A stretch of 40,944 nucleotides of DNA from Roseobacter sp. (GCA_024636425.1 JAGXHB010000291.1:1-40944), one strand, 5' to 3'. Shown: positions 9,339-18,965, counted from the stretch's first letter. Program-made: numbers and translations. The notes: generated by a model from the sequence alone, not told the origin.

Positions 9339-10232
9339 TTAAGCCACCTTCCGTTCAAAAGCGACCGGGCTTTTCCAGCCAAGTGCTGAGCGGCGGCGAC
9401 GCGGATTATAGAACCCGTTGATGTATTCGAAGATCGCCATCTCGGCCTGCCGTCTTGTGTCCCATGACCGTCGCCAGATCAGCTCAGCCTTGATGGTTTT
9501 GAAGAACGTCTAGACTGCTGCATTGTCATAACAGTTGCCCTTGCCGCTCATCGACGCCTTGAACCCATGTTGGCGCAGGATCTTCTGGTAGTCATGCGAA
9601 CAGTATTGGCTGCCCCTGTCGCTGTGGAAGATGCAGCGTGTGGGTGGCGCTCGGAAAGCGATGGCCATTTTCAGGGTGCGGATCGCCAGGTCACGCTTCA
9701 TGCGATTGCTGACAGCCCAACCAATGACACGCCGGGAATGCAGATCGAGTATCACTGCCAGATACAGCCAACCCTCGCGGGTCCAGATGTAGCTGATGTC
9801 GCCCGCCCATTTCTGGTTCGGCTGATCTGCTTTGAAGTCGCGATCCAGCAGGTTCGGGGCGATGTTGAACGTGTGATCGCTGTCCGTGGTCGCCTTGAAC
9901 TTGCGCGTTCTTTCAACGGTGATCCCGTTTTCGCGCATCAGGCGACCGACGCGCCGGTGTCCGACATCGACGCCAACCTCCTTCAGTTCTTCGGTCATTC
10001 GTGGGCGGCCGTAGCTGCCCAAGCTCAGACGCGACTGTTCCTTGATGTGGGCCAGAACGACCAAATCAGTGCGCTGCCTGCGGCTGGCGGGACGGTTCCG
10101 GAAAGCCCGCAAGCCACGCGAGCTGACATTCAAGACCTGGCACACCCGGTCGATCGGGAAGGCACCACGCTGTTCTTCCCCTCTCGTGCATTTTCAATGA
10201 ACTTCCGGGCAGTGGACGAACCGAAACCTCAT
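9339..10232 (-). pseudogene. IS3 OrfB DDE transposase, disrupted
   Basis: WAGDISYI, FHSDRGSQY and CYDNAAV*TFFKTIK (TAG at 9510-9512 in place of the catalytic Glu). A 36-bp insertion after codon 6 also carries an in-frame TGA. Confidence 0.92.
10179..10214 (-). repeat. 36-bp palindromic miniature insertion inside IS3 orfB
   Basis: CACTGCCCGGAAGTTCATTGAAAATGCACGAGAGGG; removing it restores MRFRFV-EEQRGAFPIDRVCQVLNVS in frame. Confidence 0.8.
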
Positions 10233-10504
10233 GGTTTTTGGCTCGCGAAGAGCTGGGCGGCTTTTTTTTGGATATCCCTCTCCTCCTTGAGGATGCGGTT
10301 CTCGCGCCGAAGTCGTTCGTTCTCCCGCGCAAGCTCGCGATCCTCGGGCGATACCACATCCGTGTCGTGGTGAGCCGTCACCCATTTGTTCAGGGTCGAA
10401 AGCCCAACACCAAGATCGTCGGCAACCTGACGCCGTGTTAGCCCGCGGGTCAGTGCAATTCGCACCGCGTCTTTGCGAAATTCATCCGTTCTTCCTGTGC
10501 CCAT
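10229..10504 (-). CDS. IS3 OrfA (HTH)
   Basis: TDEFRKDAVRIAL, VADDLGVGLSTLNKWV, LRRENRILKEERDI; GGAGA RBS. Confidence 0.92.
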   Translation of the reverse strand: MGTGRTDEFRKDAVRIALTRGLTRRQVADDLGVGLSTLNKWVTAHHDTDVVSPEDRELARENERLRRENRILKEERDIQKKAAQLFASQKP

Positions 10505-10567
10505 AGTTCGTCTCCTTTGCTGCACATTATGCTATCAAAGGAGCGGCACCAAACCGCGACAGGTCCA

Positions 10568-10968
10568 AGCCGTTTCAGGACTAGCTGGGATGAAAATGCC
10601 GGCCCGGCAAGCTGGGGGTTGATGCCCCTGCACGTCAGAGTATTGCGAGAAATGAGAAGGCGAATTCGATCATTACAAAGTGACACGCGCCAAGGCGAGG
10701 CTTGTTCATCCAGCGCGTGATTGAGCGCATGCAAAGTGGTCGGTCGTTCGATGGACATAGCAGCATTAAGATCGCGCGCGAGCCACGTCGCTTGACCGGA
10801 GTTTCGCCATGCCCGTACGGTGATGGTCGGTGCCAGAACCAGCGATGGATCCGCGCGCCACGCTAGTTCAGGCAATCCGAGACGATGGCAGACATCGCGC
10901 TCAATCTGATCCGTTACGCGAACAGACGTTACGACATCCAAAACTCGGCAGGGAAGTTTCTTAATCAA
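10568..10968 (-). pseudogene. Hypothetical ORF truncated by the IS3 insertion
   Basis: The open frame runs into the IS end at 10567; no recognised family. Confidence 0.3.
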
Positions 10969-11339
10969 AGAGAGAATTCCGCAACCCGTAGAGGTTCGCC
11001 AAAACCACTTACAGACGGAAATAAGATTTGACGGATAAAAACAAAAATGACGCCATCTCTTAGGTTCTTGAGATCAGGGCGACAAACGTCTCAAGTTAAA
11101 CGATCAGGGGCAGAGACGCTGTCAAACTTCCGGAAAAGCGGGGGGACAGATTGTTTAACGATCACGCCCACGCCACGCGCAAAACCCAGCGTGCGATACG
11201 CATTGCGACTTCCCTCCCCGAAAGATAGCCTGGCCTGAGAGCGGGACTATGCCGGGCAGATTTCTTGGCTGCTGTTCCTTAAATACCGCGATGATCTTGA
11301 GTCCAAGCGGCAGGAGAATGCCGAGCATAAGGGCAAGAA

Positions 11340-11957
11340 TTACAAAGCTTGTAATACCCATTCGGCGGCAGAGGGCAAAAGGACATTCAGCGCAGCCTGA
11401 AATGCAGCAGTGATGGCAGGAGGGCTGTCATTTGCGGCGTATGCTGCTTGTGCGAAGCTTCGCCTGCCGAGCACGCGCTGGTCACGGTCATTAACCACGG
11501 TCATGTCGATATCAACACGTACGCTAACCTCTCCTCCAGGCGCGACGACGACCTCGAAAGCATCCATCCGCACAAGCAATGCTGCATCCGGCACTGGCCC
11601 GCCCTCACTGCGCCCGACATATCCGATCCGCCCCGTCCCCGCGATGCTGCGCACCAGCAGAGCTTGCATGACGAGCGGCGCCTCGTCGGCCCAGCGGGCG
11701 TCGGGAAGGTAAGTTATCGTGGCGCCGTCGGACCGCACCATGATGCGATCCGTGGCCAACGCCGCCGAAGCCTCCGGTCGGGCGATCAGCAGTTTGGCGG
11801 CACTTCGCGGTCCCGATGTCGATCCGGCGGCGGGGGCCAGGTCGTAGGTGTCCAGCGGTGCCGCTGCTGTGTTCAGGGCACCCAGTGCGCCGCATCCACT
11901 AAGCGTGCTTATCGCGCCTAGTAAGGCGATGCGTCGGGTCATGGGGATAGGCGTCAT
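11340..11957 (-). CDS. ABC-type transport auxiliary lipoprotein (PqiC-like)
   Basis: GGAGA RBS; MTRR...LSGC lipobox; LATDRIMV...ARWAD motif; last gene of the mlaE-F-D operon. Confidence 0.88.
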   Translation of the reverse strand: MTPIPMTRRIALLGAISTLSGCGALGALNTAAAPLDTYDLAPAAGSTSGPRSAAKLLIARPEASAALATDRIMVRSDGATITYLPDARWADEAPLVMQALLVRSIAGTGRIGYVGRSEGGPVPDAALLVRMDAFEVVVAPGGEVSVRVDIDMTVVNDRDQRVLGRRSFAQAAYAANDSPPAITAAFQAALNVLLPSAAEWVLQAL

Positions 11958-11961
11958 GGTG

Positions 11962-13677
11962 TCATCTCCGATATTCAGGAACGCGATTGTCAAGCAGGAA
12001 GCGCGCGGGGTCGCGCTCGATCCGCCGGACAAGACTGTTGAGAGTTGTGACGAGGCCGCGCGCCTCCGCACTCAGGCGGGTCAGCTCCGGCAGGCCGGTC
12101 TGGGTGAAATCGCCAAGGCCCGGTGCCGTGGCCGCGACCGCAGCCTGTACCTGCCCCACCACGGTATCCGCCCGCGCGATGAGCGCGCGCAGATCGGCGG
12201 TAATTGCGGGCACGTCGCGGGCCACGCCCTCGACTGCGACACTGATCCTGTCGGACGCGGTGCGGATGTCGTTAAGAACTGGGGCAAGGTCGGTTTGCAT
12301 CAGCCCGGTCGCGGCGTCGAATGCCGTCTCGGCCGAGGTAAGCGCCGCGTCTGTTCCGCTCAGCGTCTTGTCGAGCACTCCAAGGCTGACCTCAGCCCGC
12401 TGCATCAGCGCTGTCGCAGTGGCCAGCGCCCTCTCGGTTTGCGTAGCCATTGGATCGAAGCGCGCCGTCAGACTGGTTACATCCCCCGCAACCCGCTCCA
12501 CCGCCTCTGTTGCCGTCGTCACGGCACGCCGGATGTCGGCCACGACGGCGGGCACATCGGCCTGAACCACGCCCTCCAGCGATGCAAGGGTCGTCTGCGC
12601 GCTTGCCAGCACGGCGCGGGCATCGGCGACCATTGCGGTCCCCTCTCCGGTCACCAGCGCGTCGAAACTGGTTGATGCCCCGGACACGGCGGCAAATGCA
12701 GTGTCGGCATCCCGTAACGTTTTCTCCAGCTCCGTCAGCCGCGCGTTCAGCAGGCCTGCCGTGTCCCCGAATCCTTCAAGCGTTGTGCCGCCCCGCTGTT
12801 GCAGATCGGCGATTGCCGTATCGGCGCGCGTGACGGCCTCCGACAACTTCTCGAGGATGGGCGGTACCGTATCGCGCAGCAATATCTGGGCCGCGTCAAA
12901 CGTATCCTCGACGTTCCTGATCGCGGTGCCAGAGGCCACAAGCGTCGTATCGGCGGTATCGAACGCGGTCTGGGCAGAGAGCAGCGCCGCATCGGCCCGT
13001 TCCAGCGTCGTCTGAACGGATGAGCTGATACTGTCCAGTTTGCCGGTAAAGATCGAGATTTGCGCCGTCGCTTCACTGACCGTGCCGCTGATTTCGGAAA
13101 AATCAGTGAGCGCCTCATCGAGCCGCCCCGAGGATGTTTCGAGGTTGCGCAATATGCCCGTCACCAGCGCCTGATTTTCCGGGCTGGTCAGCGCCTGAAA
13201 CTGGGCAAGCAGGTCGGTCGCCTGCGCCAGCAGATCAGGCGCGTCCTCGACCAGTGCCTGTACCGTTGACCGTTTTGATTCAATCATTGGCAAGCCGCCA
13301 TTTATTGCCGTCAGCCATGCCGCACCGGGTGTTCCACCTGAAAGCGAAATATAGGCCACACCCGTTACGCCCTGCGATTGCACCTGTGCGACCGTGTTGC
13401 TGCGCACCGGTGTGGTGCTGTCAATCTGCACTGTTGCCAATACTTTGGATGCATCCGGCTCGTAGATACTAAGCCCCGTGACCTTGCCAACCGAGATGCC
13501 GTTGAACGAAACGTCGCCGGACGGGTCCAACCCCGACACATCATCGAAGAGGATGCCGTAGGTCACGTATTGCCTGTCAACCTGCACGGCAGCAAGCCAG
13601 ATGAAGAATCCCAGCGTGCCGAGGATGGCGGCCAGCGTGAAGGCTCCGATCAGAATGAAGTTGGCACGGGTTTCCAT
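11962..13677 (-). CDS. MCE/MlaD-family protein with very long helical C-terminal region
   Basis: METRANFILIGAF TM segment; MCE motif VSGL..SGDVSFNGISVGKV...QGVTGVAYISLSGG; about 400 aa of Ala/Thr-rich helix; C-terminal IERDPARFL. Confidence 0.9.
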   Translation of the reverse strand: METRANFILIGAFTLAAILGTLGFFIWLAAVQVDRQYVTYGILFDDVSGLDPSGDVSFNGISVGKVTGLSIYEPDASKVLATVQIDSTTPVRSNTVAQVQSQGVTGVAYISLSGGTPGAAWLTAINGGLPMIESKRSTVQALVEDAPDLLAQATDLLAQFQALTSPENQALVTGILRNLETSSGRLDEALTDFSEISGTVSEATAQISIFTGKLDSISSSVQTTLERADAALLSAQTAFDTADTTLVASGTAIRNVEDTFDAAQILLRDTVPPILEKLSEAVTRADTAIADLQQRGGTTLEGFGDTAGLLNARLTELEKTLRDADTAFAAVSGASTSFDALVTGEGTAMVADARAVLASAQTTLASLEGVVQADVPAVVADIRRAVTTATEAVERVAGDVTSLTARFDPMATQTERALATATALMQRAEVSLGVLDKTLSGTDAALTSAETAFDAATGLMQTDLAPVLNDIRTASDRISVAVEGVARDVPAITADLRALIARADTVVGQVQAAVAATAPGLGDFTQTGLPELTRLSAEARGLVTTLNSLVRRIERDPARFLLDNRVPEYRR

Positions 13678-14462
13678 CAGTGTCCCCCTGCCGTGGCCTG
13701 CGCCGCGCGCGCGCGGGGGCCGTGAAAATATTCCTGCACCCAAGGGTGATCGACCGCGAGCATCTCCTCAAGCGATCCCACGGCCAGCACCCTCTTGTCC
13801 GCGAGCACGGCAACGCGGTCGCAGATTGCGTAGAGACTGTCGAGGTCGTGGGTGACGAGAAAGACAGTCAGGCCAAGCGCCGCCTGCAACTGCTTGATAA
13901 GAATATCGAACGCCGCCGCGCCGATTGGATCCAGCCCGGCGGTCGGCTCATCCAGAAAGACGATCTCGGGATCCAATGCGATGGCGCGTGCGAATCCCGC
14001 CCGCTTGCGCATACCGCCCGAAAGCTCGGCGGGATAGTTGGCGAGCGCATTCTCCGGCAGGCCCACCATGCGGACCTTGATGCCCGCGAGCATCGCACGC
14101 AGGTCGGGCGGCATCTGCAACTGCTCCCGCATGGGGGCCTCTACGTTCTGCTGCACGGACAGCGAAGAAAACAGCGCGCCGTCCTGAAACATAACGCCCC
14201 AACGGCGGCGCAGGCGGCGATAGTCGGCGTCAGGCGTGTCGCGCACGCTTTGGCCGAAAACCTCGATCTTGCCCGCGTCAGGTTTCAGCAACCCCACAAT
14301 GGCGCGCAGCAGGACCGACTTTCCGGTTCCCGATCCGCCCACGACGCCGATGATCTCGCCCCGCCGCACGTCGAGGTCGAGACCGTCGTGAACGGTATGC
14401 GTGCCGAAACGGGTCACAAGGCCTTGGACACGAATGATGAGGTCGTCAGCGGAGTCGGTCAT
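13677..14462 (-). CDS. ABC transporter ATP-binding protein (MlaF-like)
   Basis: Walker A GGSGTGKS, FQDGALF, LSGGMRKR, FLDEPTAGLDP, VTHD. Confidence 0.93.
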   Translation of the reverse strand: MTDSADDLIIRVQGLVTRFGTHTVHDGLDLDVRRGEIIGVVGGSGTGKSVLLRAIVGLLKPDAGKIEVFGQSVRDTPDADYRRLRRRWGVMFQDGALFSSLSVQQNVEAPMREQLQMPPDLRAMLAGIKVRMVGLPENALANYPAELSGGMRKRAGFARAIALDPEIVFLDEPTAGLDPIGAAAFDILIKQLQAALGLTVFLVTHDLDSLYAICDRVAVLADKRVLAVGSLEEMLAVDHPWVQEYFHGPRARAAQATAGGH

Positions 14463-15592
14463 CACACCCCCACGATGGCAAAGAAGATGGAAAACATCGC
14501 GTCCGCGACGATGACCATGAAGATCGACAGCACAACGGAGGTTGAGGTCAGCCGACCCAGCGATTCCGCATCCCCTCCGACGCGCAGGCCCTCGAAACAT
14601 CCGATGATCCCGATGATCAGCGCAAAGAACGGCGCTTTGATCATGCCGACGCCAAAATGCCAGACATCGGTGTTGCTGACCAGTCGCGACTGGAAGACGG
14701 CAGGTGAAACGCCTAGGTCGATCCAAGACATGACGGCCCCGCCGATAAGCCCTGAAATATCGGCGATGAACCCGAGGGCCGGCAGCATCAACATCAACGC
14801 CAGCACGCGCGGCACGACCAAAATTGTCACCGGGTCCAACCCTATTGTGCGCATGGCGTCGATCTCCTCGCGCATTTTCATGGACCCAATGGAGGCGGTG
14901 AAGGCCGAACCCGACCGTCCCGCTACGATGATTGCAGTCAGCAGGATGCCCAGCTCGCGCAGAACGGAAATCGCGATAAGATCGACGACGAACACCTCCG
15001 CCCCGAACTGGCGCAGCTGCGTGGCCCCCTGAAACGCCAGCACGACGCCAATCAGGAACGCCATAAGCGCGACAATGGGGACAGCGTTCAGCCCGACCTC
15101 CTGACAGTGATGCACCAGCGACGTCAGACGCAGGCGGCTTGGGTGGATGACAATTCCCGCAAGGGTCGCAATGACTTGGCCGAGGAAAGAAATCAGCGCA
15201 ATCGCCTTGCGCGCGCCGTCGACAATGGCCCTGCCAAAGCTCTCGAGCCGGTCGGCCAACGATCTTTCCGGTGCTTGCGCCGTGTCGGCGGGCGGCATGC
15301 TGTGGCGGACGGTTTCGATCAGTTGCGCCTGCGCCTCGCTGGTGCCTTCGAAGGTCGGAGTGCTCCCCGCCGCGCTCAAACGGGATTGCAGATCAACCAG
15401 AAGCCACGCGCCGGCGGTGTCCATTCGGGTCAGGCCGCCAAGGTCGATCATCGTCGCCTCTCTCGCCCGCTCGAACAGTCCGGCCCGGTCTACAGCTGCG
15501 ACAGTGTCGATATGCAATGCGCCGGTGACGATCAGCTTTGGGCCGGTGCGCGTGGCGACGAATGATTGAGCTGTGGGGAGGGCCGTGCTCAT
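14462..15592 (-). CDS. MlaE-family permease with N-terminal STAS (MlaB-like) domain
   Basis: DLGGLTRMDTAGAWL STAS motif; LRELGILLTAIIVAGRSGSAFTASIGSM. Confidence 0.93.
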   Translation of the reverse strand: MSTALPTAQSFVATRTGPKLIVTGALHIDTVAAVDRAGLFERAREATMIDLGGLTRMDTAGAWLLVDLQSRLSAAGSTPTFEGTSEAQAQLIETVRHSMPPADTAQAPERSLADRLESFGRAIVDGARKAIALISFLGQVIATLAGIVIHPSRLRLTSLVHHCQEVGLNAVPIVALMAFLIGVVLAFQGATQLRQFGAEVFVVDLIAISVLRELGILLTAIIVAGRSGSAFTASIGSMKMREEIDAMRTIGLDPVTILVVPRVLALMLMLPALGFIADISGLIGGAVMSWIDLGVSPAVFQSRLVSNTDVWHFGVGMIKAPFFALIIGIIGCFEGLRVGGDAESLGRLTSTSVVLSIFMVIVADAMFSIFFAIVGV

Positions 15593-17475
15593 GCCGCCTG
15601 CCCTATCATTGCACCAACCTTTTCGGTAGCGGCAGGCGTGCTCTGCCCGGGATCAATCCGCAGCGCCCGCAAAGCGTTCAGGATCACTGCCACGTCGATG
15701 ACCTCCTGCAGCAACGCGCCCTGAACCGGCGTCAGATAGCCCAAAGCCGCGGCGATCATGCCTATGACCGACAGGCCGATGCCCGCCGCCACACTTTGCA
15801 GCGCGATGCGTCGCGCACCTCGAGCGATAATCAGACCGGGAAGCAATCGACCCAGATCATCGACCAGCAACACTACATCCGCCGCCTCTGCCGAGGCCGC
15901 CGCACCCCGTGCGCCCATAGCGACACCCACGTCCGCTGCTGCCAGCGCAGGTGCGTCGTTCACGCCGTCGCCGACCATCATCACCGGGCCGGTTTCCCGC
16001 GCTTCAACAACCAGTTGCACCTTTCTGTCCGGAGTGAGATCAGCTTCGATGCGATCAAGGCCCAGACCAAGCGTCAGGGCCTCGGCCACATCGTGGCGGT
16101 CGCCAGTTGCAAGCACAATCCGGTCGATCCCGTTGCGACGTAACGCCTGCAGCAGCGCAGGGATGCCGGGTCGCAGGGCATCTGCCATGACAAGATGACC
16201 CGCCGCCCGGCCATCAACCCCGACAGCCACGATCACAGCGCCAGGTTCTTCCATGCCGGTAACATCTGCCCCCGTCTGCGCCGCAACAAAGTCTGTGCCA
16301 CCGACCAGCACATCGCGGCCCCCCACCCGTCCAGCGACACCTTCGCCCGGCGTTTCGATCACGTCGGTCGGCACCGGCAAGCTTTGGTCGCGCGCGCGGG
16401 CAGCGGCCACAACCGCCTGCGCCACCGGATGCTGGGACGCCTGATCGAGGGCGGCGGCGAAGTAGAGAATTTCGTCTTCACTCAGCGCCCCTGTCCCCTT
16501 GATCGACACGATCCCCGGTCGCCCATCCGTCAGCGTGCCGGTCTTGTCCACGATCAATGTCTTGATGCGCGCCATCGACTCCAACGGCTTCGCGCCCTTG
16601 ATCAGCACGCCAAATCGCGCAGCACGCGAAAGGCCCGCCACCAGCGCCACGGGCACAGCGAGGATCAGCGGGCACGGCGTGGCGACAACCAGAACGGCGA
16701 CGGCCCGGATCGGATCGCCGGTGAACCACCAGGCCGCGCCCGCCAACGCGACCGTGACGGCCAGAAAGAGCAGCGAGTACCGGTCCGCCAGTCGCGCCAT
16801 CGGGGCCTTTGAGCGCTGCGCGGTTTCCACCAGACGCACAATCCCGGCGTAGGTGCTGTCGGCGGCCCGCGCAGTCGCGCGCAAATCAAACGCAGCGCCC
16901 GCATTGGTCGACCCGCTCATCACCGCCATGCCCTGCGATAACCGCACCGGCAGCGCTTCTCCGGTCAGCGCCGACTGGTCAAGCATCGCCTGCACCGCCT
17001 CGACCGTGCCATCGACCGGCGCGACCTCCCCCTGACGGATCAAAAGCAGGTCGCCCGCATTGATCGCGTCCAGCGGAATTTCCTCAAGCTGCCCGCCCCG
17101 GTGCCGCGTCGCCGTGCGCGCCACGCGTGACAGCAGATCGCGCATCTCGCGCCGGGCACGGCCCTCGGCGAAACTTTCCAGAAAAGTACCGCCCGAATAC
17201 ATCAGCGCTACGACGGCGGCGGCAAGGGCTTCGCCAACCAAAAGCGCCGCCGCCATCGACAGGGCTGCGACGATATCAAGCCCAACCTCGCCTTTGACAA
17301 GGCTGCGGACGATCTCGATGCAAAGCGCCGCAAGGACCGGCAGGACACCAGCCGCCCACGCGGCTGTGGCCAGCTCTGTCTGATCGGCGGCCCAAAGGCC
17401 AAGGCCCGCCGCAAGGCCAAATGCAGCGACGGTCAGCAAGGCGACCTTGATAATATCCGGTACGCCGAGCTTCAT
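15589..17475 (-). CDS. Heavy-metal P1B-type ATPase, P1B-5-like
   Basis: LTGE, TPCP, DKTGTLT, HP and GDGVNDAP motifs; QSVAAGIGLSVIGM and QEVIDVAVILN TM motifs; no CxxC metal-binding domain. Confidence 0.92.
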   Translation of the reverse strand: MKLGVPDIIKVALLTVAAFGLAAGLGLWAADQTELATAAWAAGVLPVLAALCIEIVRSLVKGEVGLDIVAALSMAAALLVGEALAAAVVALMYSGGTFLESFAEGRARREMRDLLSRVARTATRHRGGQLEEIPLDAINAGDLLLIRQGEVAPVDGTVEAVQAMLDQSALTGEALPVRLSQGMAVMSGSTNAGAAFDLRATARAADSTYAGIVRLVETAQRSKAPMARLADRYSLLFLAVTVALAGAAWWFTGDPIRAVAVLVVATPCPLILAVPVALVAGLSRAARFGVLIKGAKPLESMARIKTLIVDKTGTLTDGRPGIVSIKGTGALSEDEILYFAAALDQASQHPVAQAVVAAARARDQSLPVPTDVIETPGEGVAGRVGGRDVLVGGTDFVAAQTGADVTGMEEPGAVIVAVGVDGRAAGHLVMADALRPGIPALLQALRRNGIDRIVLATGDRHDVAEALTLGLGLDRIEADLTPDRKVQLVVEARETGPVMMVGDGVNDAPALAAADVGVAMGARGAAASAEAADVVLLVDDLGRLLPGLIIARGARRIALQSVAAGIGLSVIGMIAAALGYLTPVQGALLQEVIDVAVILNALRALRIDPGQSTPAATEKVGAMIGQAA

Positions 17476-17619
17476 AATGCGTCCCTGGATAGACGACTTG
17501 CCCAGCTATCATTGCGTATCATCGTGACGCGAAGCGTGGCGTCGCAGCCATCCAGCGCGACGGTCTCCGATAGAAAGCCAGCGCGTCGTGACAGATGCGT
17601 TATTATGCGCATCATCCGC

Positions 17620-17949
17620 TCAGGCCTGTTGCAGCGCAGCACCGATGCGGCTTTGCAGGTCCGTTGGCAATGTCTGGATCACTTCGGTCAGCATCACGAG
17701 TTCCCGTCGTGCGCCGTGCAGCTGATCAACGAGTGAAATCACGATACCAACGGCCCCCTCATCAAGGTCAAGATCCTGGGCCAGATCGCAAAGCAGTTCC
17801 AGACGCGCGATGTCGACCTTGCGAAAGAAGATGCCTTCCTCAGCGCTTAGTGGACGAACAAGGTCGGCCTCGACGTATCTGCCAAGCTGCTGCCGGTTCA
17901 GGCGGGTAACGATCATGATGACCTCGTCGTCTGTGAAAAGTTCGGTCAT
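17620..17949 (-). CDS. cbpM: Chaperone modulator CbpM-like (MerR-type fold)
   Basis: DIARLELLCDLAQDLDL...LVDQLH; ATGA overlap with the DnaJ-like gene. Confidence 0.82.
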   Translation of the reverse strand: MTELFTDDEVIMIVTRLNRQQLGRYVEADLVRPLSAEEGIFFRKVDIARLELLCDLAQDLDLDEGAVGIVISLVDQLHGARRELVMLTEVIQTLPTDLQSRIGAALQQA

Positions 17950-18875
17950 GCGGCAGTTCCTTTCATCGACGCGGCGTGCGTTTTGCGCCATGCCGTCAGC
18001 AGATCGCGCAACTCTGGGTCCGGATCCTTTGGCACGACGATCTTCAGCTCTACCCGCTGATCGCCCACCGGCCTCCCCTTTCCCGCGACGCCACGCCCGC
18101 GCAAACGCAGGACCCGCCCCGAACTTGCACCGGGCGGGATCGTCAGCCCGACGGGACCATCTATAGTTGGGACAGTGACCTTGGCCCCCAGAATTGCGTC
18201 GTCAAAAGACACAGGCAGGGTCAGCAGTATATCGTCGCCTTCACGGCGGAAATCCGGGTGATCCTGCACGACCACAGTGATCAGCGCATCGCCCGCAGGC
18301 CCGCCGCCAAAACCGGGCGACCCCTTCCCACGAAGGCGCAGCGTCTGTCCGTCCTGCGTGCCGCGCGGGATCTTCACCGCGAGGCTCGCGCCACCCGGAA
18401 GGGTGATCGTGGTCTCGGCCCCGCGCACGGCATCCAGAAAGGGCACCTCCAACCGATAGCGCGCATCGGGTCCCGCCGCGCTTCGGCCGGTGCCACCAAA
18501 GTCGAACCCGCCCGCCCCCGCAGCCCGGTTGCGCAGGATTTCGGCAAAGATGTCGCCCGGATCGGTGTCCTGCCCGAACCCGCGCCGCTGCTGATAGACG
18601 TTGTCCGGTGCATCGGCGTAGTCGCGGTAATACTGACGCTGAGGACGCTCGGCCCCCTGCGCGTCGATCTCGCCCGCGTCAAAGCGCGCCCGCGTGTCAG
18701 GGTCTTTAAGCAGGTCATAGGCGGCAGATACCGCCTTGAACCGCGCCTCCGCCCCCTTGTCGTCAGGATGCAGATCAGGATGGCTGGTCCGCACCAGCTT
18801 GCGGTGCGCCTTCTTGATGTCGGCGGCACTCGCATCCTTGGTCAGGCCAAGGGTCTTGTAGGGGTCGGTACTCAT
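17946..18875 (-). CDS. cbpA: DnaJ-class (CbpA-like) co-chaperone without zinc finger
   Basis: J domain DPYKTLG...HPD; DnaJ C-terminal repeats LRLRGKG and LRLRGRG. Confidence 0.9.
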   Translation of the reverse strand: MSTDPYKTLGLTKDASAADIKKAHRKLVRTSHPDLHPDDKGAEARFKAVSAAYDLLKDPDTRARFDAGEIDAQGAERPQRQYYRDYADAPDNVYQQRRGFGQDTDPGDIFAEILRNRAAGAGGFDFGGTGRSAAGPDARYRLEVPFLDAVRGAETTITLPGGASLAVKIPRGTQDGQTLRLRGKGSPGFGGGPAGDALITVVVQDHPDFRREGDDILLTLPVSFDDAILGAKVTVPTIDGPVGLTIPPGASSGRVLRLRGRGVAGKGRPVGDQRVELKIVVPKDPDPELRDLLTAWRKTHAASMKGTAA

Positions 18876-18965
18876 TCATCAGGCCTTTTGCATGCGTCAG
18901 ACGGACTTCGCCCGTGGGCCACGAGCGGCTGAGTGAGCTATCCCACGGGGCAATCAGCGCTGTCC

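Larger units (their letters stand above)
9301..10567 (-). mobile_element. IS3-family insertion sequence, full length but inactivated
   Basis: 28-bp terminal IRs TGGACCTGTCGCGCTTTTGTGCCGCTCC / TGGACCTGTCGCGGTTTGGTGCCGCTCC (2 mismatches); orfA and orfB; A8G slippery run near 10262-10269; no target duplication seen. Confidence 0.95.

Noticed and set aside
11040-11140. Short repeats (GATCAGGG twice; TTGAGA...TCTCAA) suggesting a res or ori site
   Set aside because: Too short and irregular, with no adjacent resolvase or Rep gene.
11155-11361. 68-aa ORF with a hydrophobic N-terminus
   Set aside because: Overlaps the lipoprotein 3' end by 22 nt and has no recognisable family; cannot be supported.
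13680-15032. Long antisense ORFs (450 aa here; also 3691-4701, 26321-27457, 31368-32399 and others)
   Set aside because: Shadow frames of well-supported genes in high-GC DNA.
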